Assembly: GCA_964016885.1 (NCBI GenBank)
Contig: OZ024749.1
Location: forward strand, 14,384,001 to 14,448,000
Source of the DNA: Eledone cirrhosa
Lineage: Eukaryota
DNA: 64,000 nt
Direction: 5' to 3'
Each line of letters starts with the position of its first letter. Position 1 is the stretch's first letter. A model generated the notes under the pieces. It was given only the letters and a program-made list of their open reading frames with translations. It made no database searches and was not told the origin of the DNA. This document shows positions 61,601-64,000 of the stretch, in pieces. Position numbers and translations under genes: made by a program.

Positions 61601-64000
61601 GTCTTCCACACATAGTATATGGCACAGGTCTTCCACACATACTATATGGCACAGGTGTACCACACATACTATATGGCACAGGTCTTCCACACATACTATA
61701 TGGCACAGGTGTGTCACACATACTATATGGCACAGGTCTTCCACACATACTATATGGCACAGGTCTTCCACACATACTATATGGCACAGGTCTCCCACAC
61801 ATACTATATGGCACAGGTCTTCCACACATACTATGTGGCACAGGTCTTCCACATGTACTATATGGCACAGGTGTCCCACACATACTATATGGCACAGGTC
61901 TTCCACACATACTATATGGCACAGGTCTTCCACACATACTATATGGCACAGGTCTTCCACACATACTATGTGGCACAGGTCTTCCACATATACTATATGA
62001 CACAGATGTCCCACACATACTATGTGGCACAGGTCTTCCACACATACTATATGGCACAGGTGTCCCACACATACTATATGGCACAGGTCTTCCACACATA
62101 CTATGTGGCACAGGTCTTCCACATATACTATATGGCACAGGTGTCCCACACATACTATATGGCACAGGTCTCCCACACATACAAATATGGCACAGGTCTC
62201 CCACACATACTATATGGCACAGGTCTTCCACACATACTATGTGGCACAGGCCTTCCACATATACTATATGGCACAGGTGTCCCACACATACAATGTGGCA
62301 CAGGTCTTCCACACATACTATATGGCACAGGTGTCCCAGACATACTATATGGCACAGGTCTTCCACACATACTATATGGCACATGTCTTCCACACATACT
62401 ATATGGCACAGGTCTTCCACAGATACTATATGGCACAGGTCTTCCACACATACTATATGGCACAGGTCTGCCACACATACTATATGGCACAGGTCTGTCA
62501 CACATACTATATGGCACAGGTCTTCCATACATACTATATGGCACAGGTCTTCCACACATACTATATGGCACAGGTCATCAACACATACTATATGGCACAG
62601 GTCTACCACACATACTATATGGCACAGGTCTTCCACACATACTATATGGCACAGGTCTTCCACACATACTATATGGCACAGGTCTGCCACACATACTATA
62701 TGGCACAGGTTTTCCACACATACTATATGGCACAGGTCTGCCACACATACTATATGGCACAGGTTTTCCACACATACTATATGGCACAGGTCTTCCACAC
62801 ATACTATATGGCACAGGTCTTCCACACATACTATATGGCACAGGTCTTCCACACATACTATATGGCACAGGTCTTCCACACATACTATATGGCACAGGTC
62901 TCCCACACATACTATATGGCACAGGTCTTCCACACATACTATATGGCACAGGTCTTCCACACATACTATATGGCACAGGTCTGTCACACATACTATATGG
63001 CACAGGTCTGTCACACATACTATATGGCACAGGTCTGTCACACATACTATATGGCACAGGCCTTCCACACATACTATATGGCACAGGTCTTTCACACATA
63101 CTATATGGCACAGGTCTGCCACACATACTATATGGCACAGGTCTTCCACACATACTATATGGCACAGGTCTTCCACACATACTATATGGCACAGGTCTGC
63201 CACACATACTATATGGCACAGGTCTCCCACACATACTATATGGCACAGGTGTGCCACACATACTATATGGCACATGTCTTCCACACATACTATATGGCAC
63301 ATGTCTTCCACACATACTATATGGCACAGGTCTGTCACACATACTATATGGCACAGGTTCTCCACACATACTATATGGCACAGGTCCTCCACACATACTA
63401 TATGGCACAGGTCTTCCACACATACTATATGGCACAGGTCTGTCACACATACTATATGGCACAGGTCTTCCACACATACTATATGGCACAGGTCTTCCAC
63501 ACATACTATATGGCACAGGTCTGCCACACATACTATATGGCACAGGTCTTCCACACATACTATATGGCACAGGTGTGTCACACATACTATATGGCACAGG
63601 TCTGCCACACATACTATATGGCACAGGTGTGTCACACATACTATATGGCACAGGTCTTCCACACATACTATATGGCACAGGTCTGTCACACATACTATAT
63701 GGCACAGGTCTGCCACACATACTATATGGCACAGGTCTGTCACACATACTATATGGCACAGGTCTGTCACACATACTATATGGCACAGGTCTCCCACACA
63801 TACTATATGGCACAGGTCTGCCACACATACTATATGGCACAGATGTGCCACACATACTATATGGCACAGGTCTGTCACACATACTATATGGCACAGGTCT
63901 GCCACACATACTATATGGGACAGGTCTGCCACACATACTATATGGCACAGGTCTGCCACACATACTATATGGCACAGGTCTGCCACACATACTATATGGC

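Larger units (their letters stand above)
1..64000. repeat. 27-bp tandem satellite/minisatellite array, about 2,370 monomers, single orientation, extending beyond both window edges
   Basis: The motif CACACATACTATATGGCACAGGT recurs every 27 bp throughout. Variation is concentrated at monomer positions 12, 14 and 15 (CTTC, CTGC, CTGT, GTGC, GTAC, GTCC, CTCC, GTGT, GTTC, CTAC), with secondary variants at positions 1, 9 and 20. All ORFs are 9-aa repeats. Confidence 0.99.

Noticed and set aside
11-63990. Very long ORFs on both strands (up to about 2,900 aa; MAQVxHTYY, ILYGTGLPH, TIWHRSxTH, LCHIVCVED and PVPYSMCGR repeats) as real genes
   Set aside because: They overlap in five frames at once, switch peptide at every indel, and have no unique termini or recognisable domains. 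A stop-free 27-bp unit explains them.
1-64000. CRISPR array, suggested by a palindromic repeat of about 23-27 bp with variable interruptions
   Set aside because: The units abut directly. The variable part is only about 4 bp with about 10 recurring states rather than unique spacers, and there is no leader or cas gene.
1-64000. Telomeric repeat or G-quadruplex array, or assignment as centromere or a named satellite family
   Set aside because: The consensus has no G-tracts of 3 or more and no telomere motif I recognise. Family and chromosomal role cannot be determined without a database search or CENH3 data.
1-64000. TATA-like promoter (CTATAT) followed by ATG, or CAG/GT splice signals, in every unit
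   Set aside because: These are short chance matches repeated with the monomer, with no supporting context.

Overview
The whole 64 kb window is one uninterrupted, head-to-tail array of a 27-bp monomer (consensus ATGGCACAGGT[C/G]T[T/G/A/C][C/T]CACACATACTAT, about 2,370 copies, about 44% GC). It runs off both ends, and I saw no unique sequence, inversion, insertion element, RNA gene or credible protein-coding gene. The long ORFs arise because 27 is a multiple of 3 and five of the six frames lack a stop codon. It looks like satellite/minisatellite DNA, probably eukaryotic, but I cannot name the family or organism. Two kinds of internal structure stand out. (1) The monomer is a degenerate 24-bp palindrome plus a 3-bp spacer, and several of the commonest polymorphisms fall at its mismatched positions and restore symmetry. 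(2) The variant pattern shows nested higher-order repeats of 135 bp, 162 bp, 0.4-2.5 kb, about 3.6-5 kb and 7,827 bp, arranged in two sub-domains with different marker alleles. Block boundaries were read by eye and are accurate to about 1-3 monomers.
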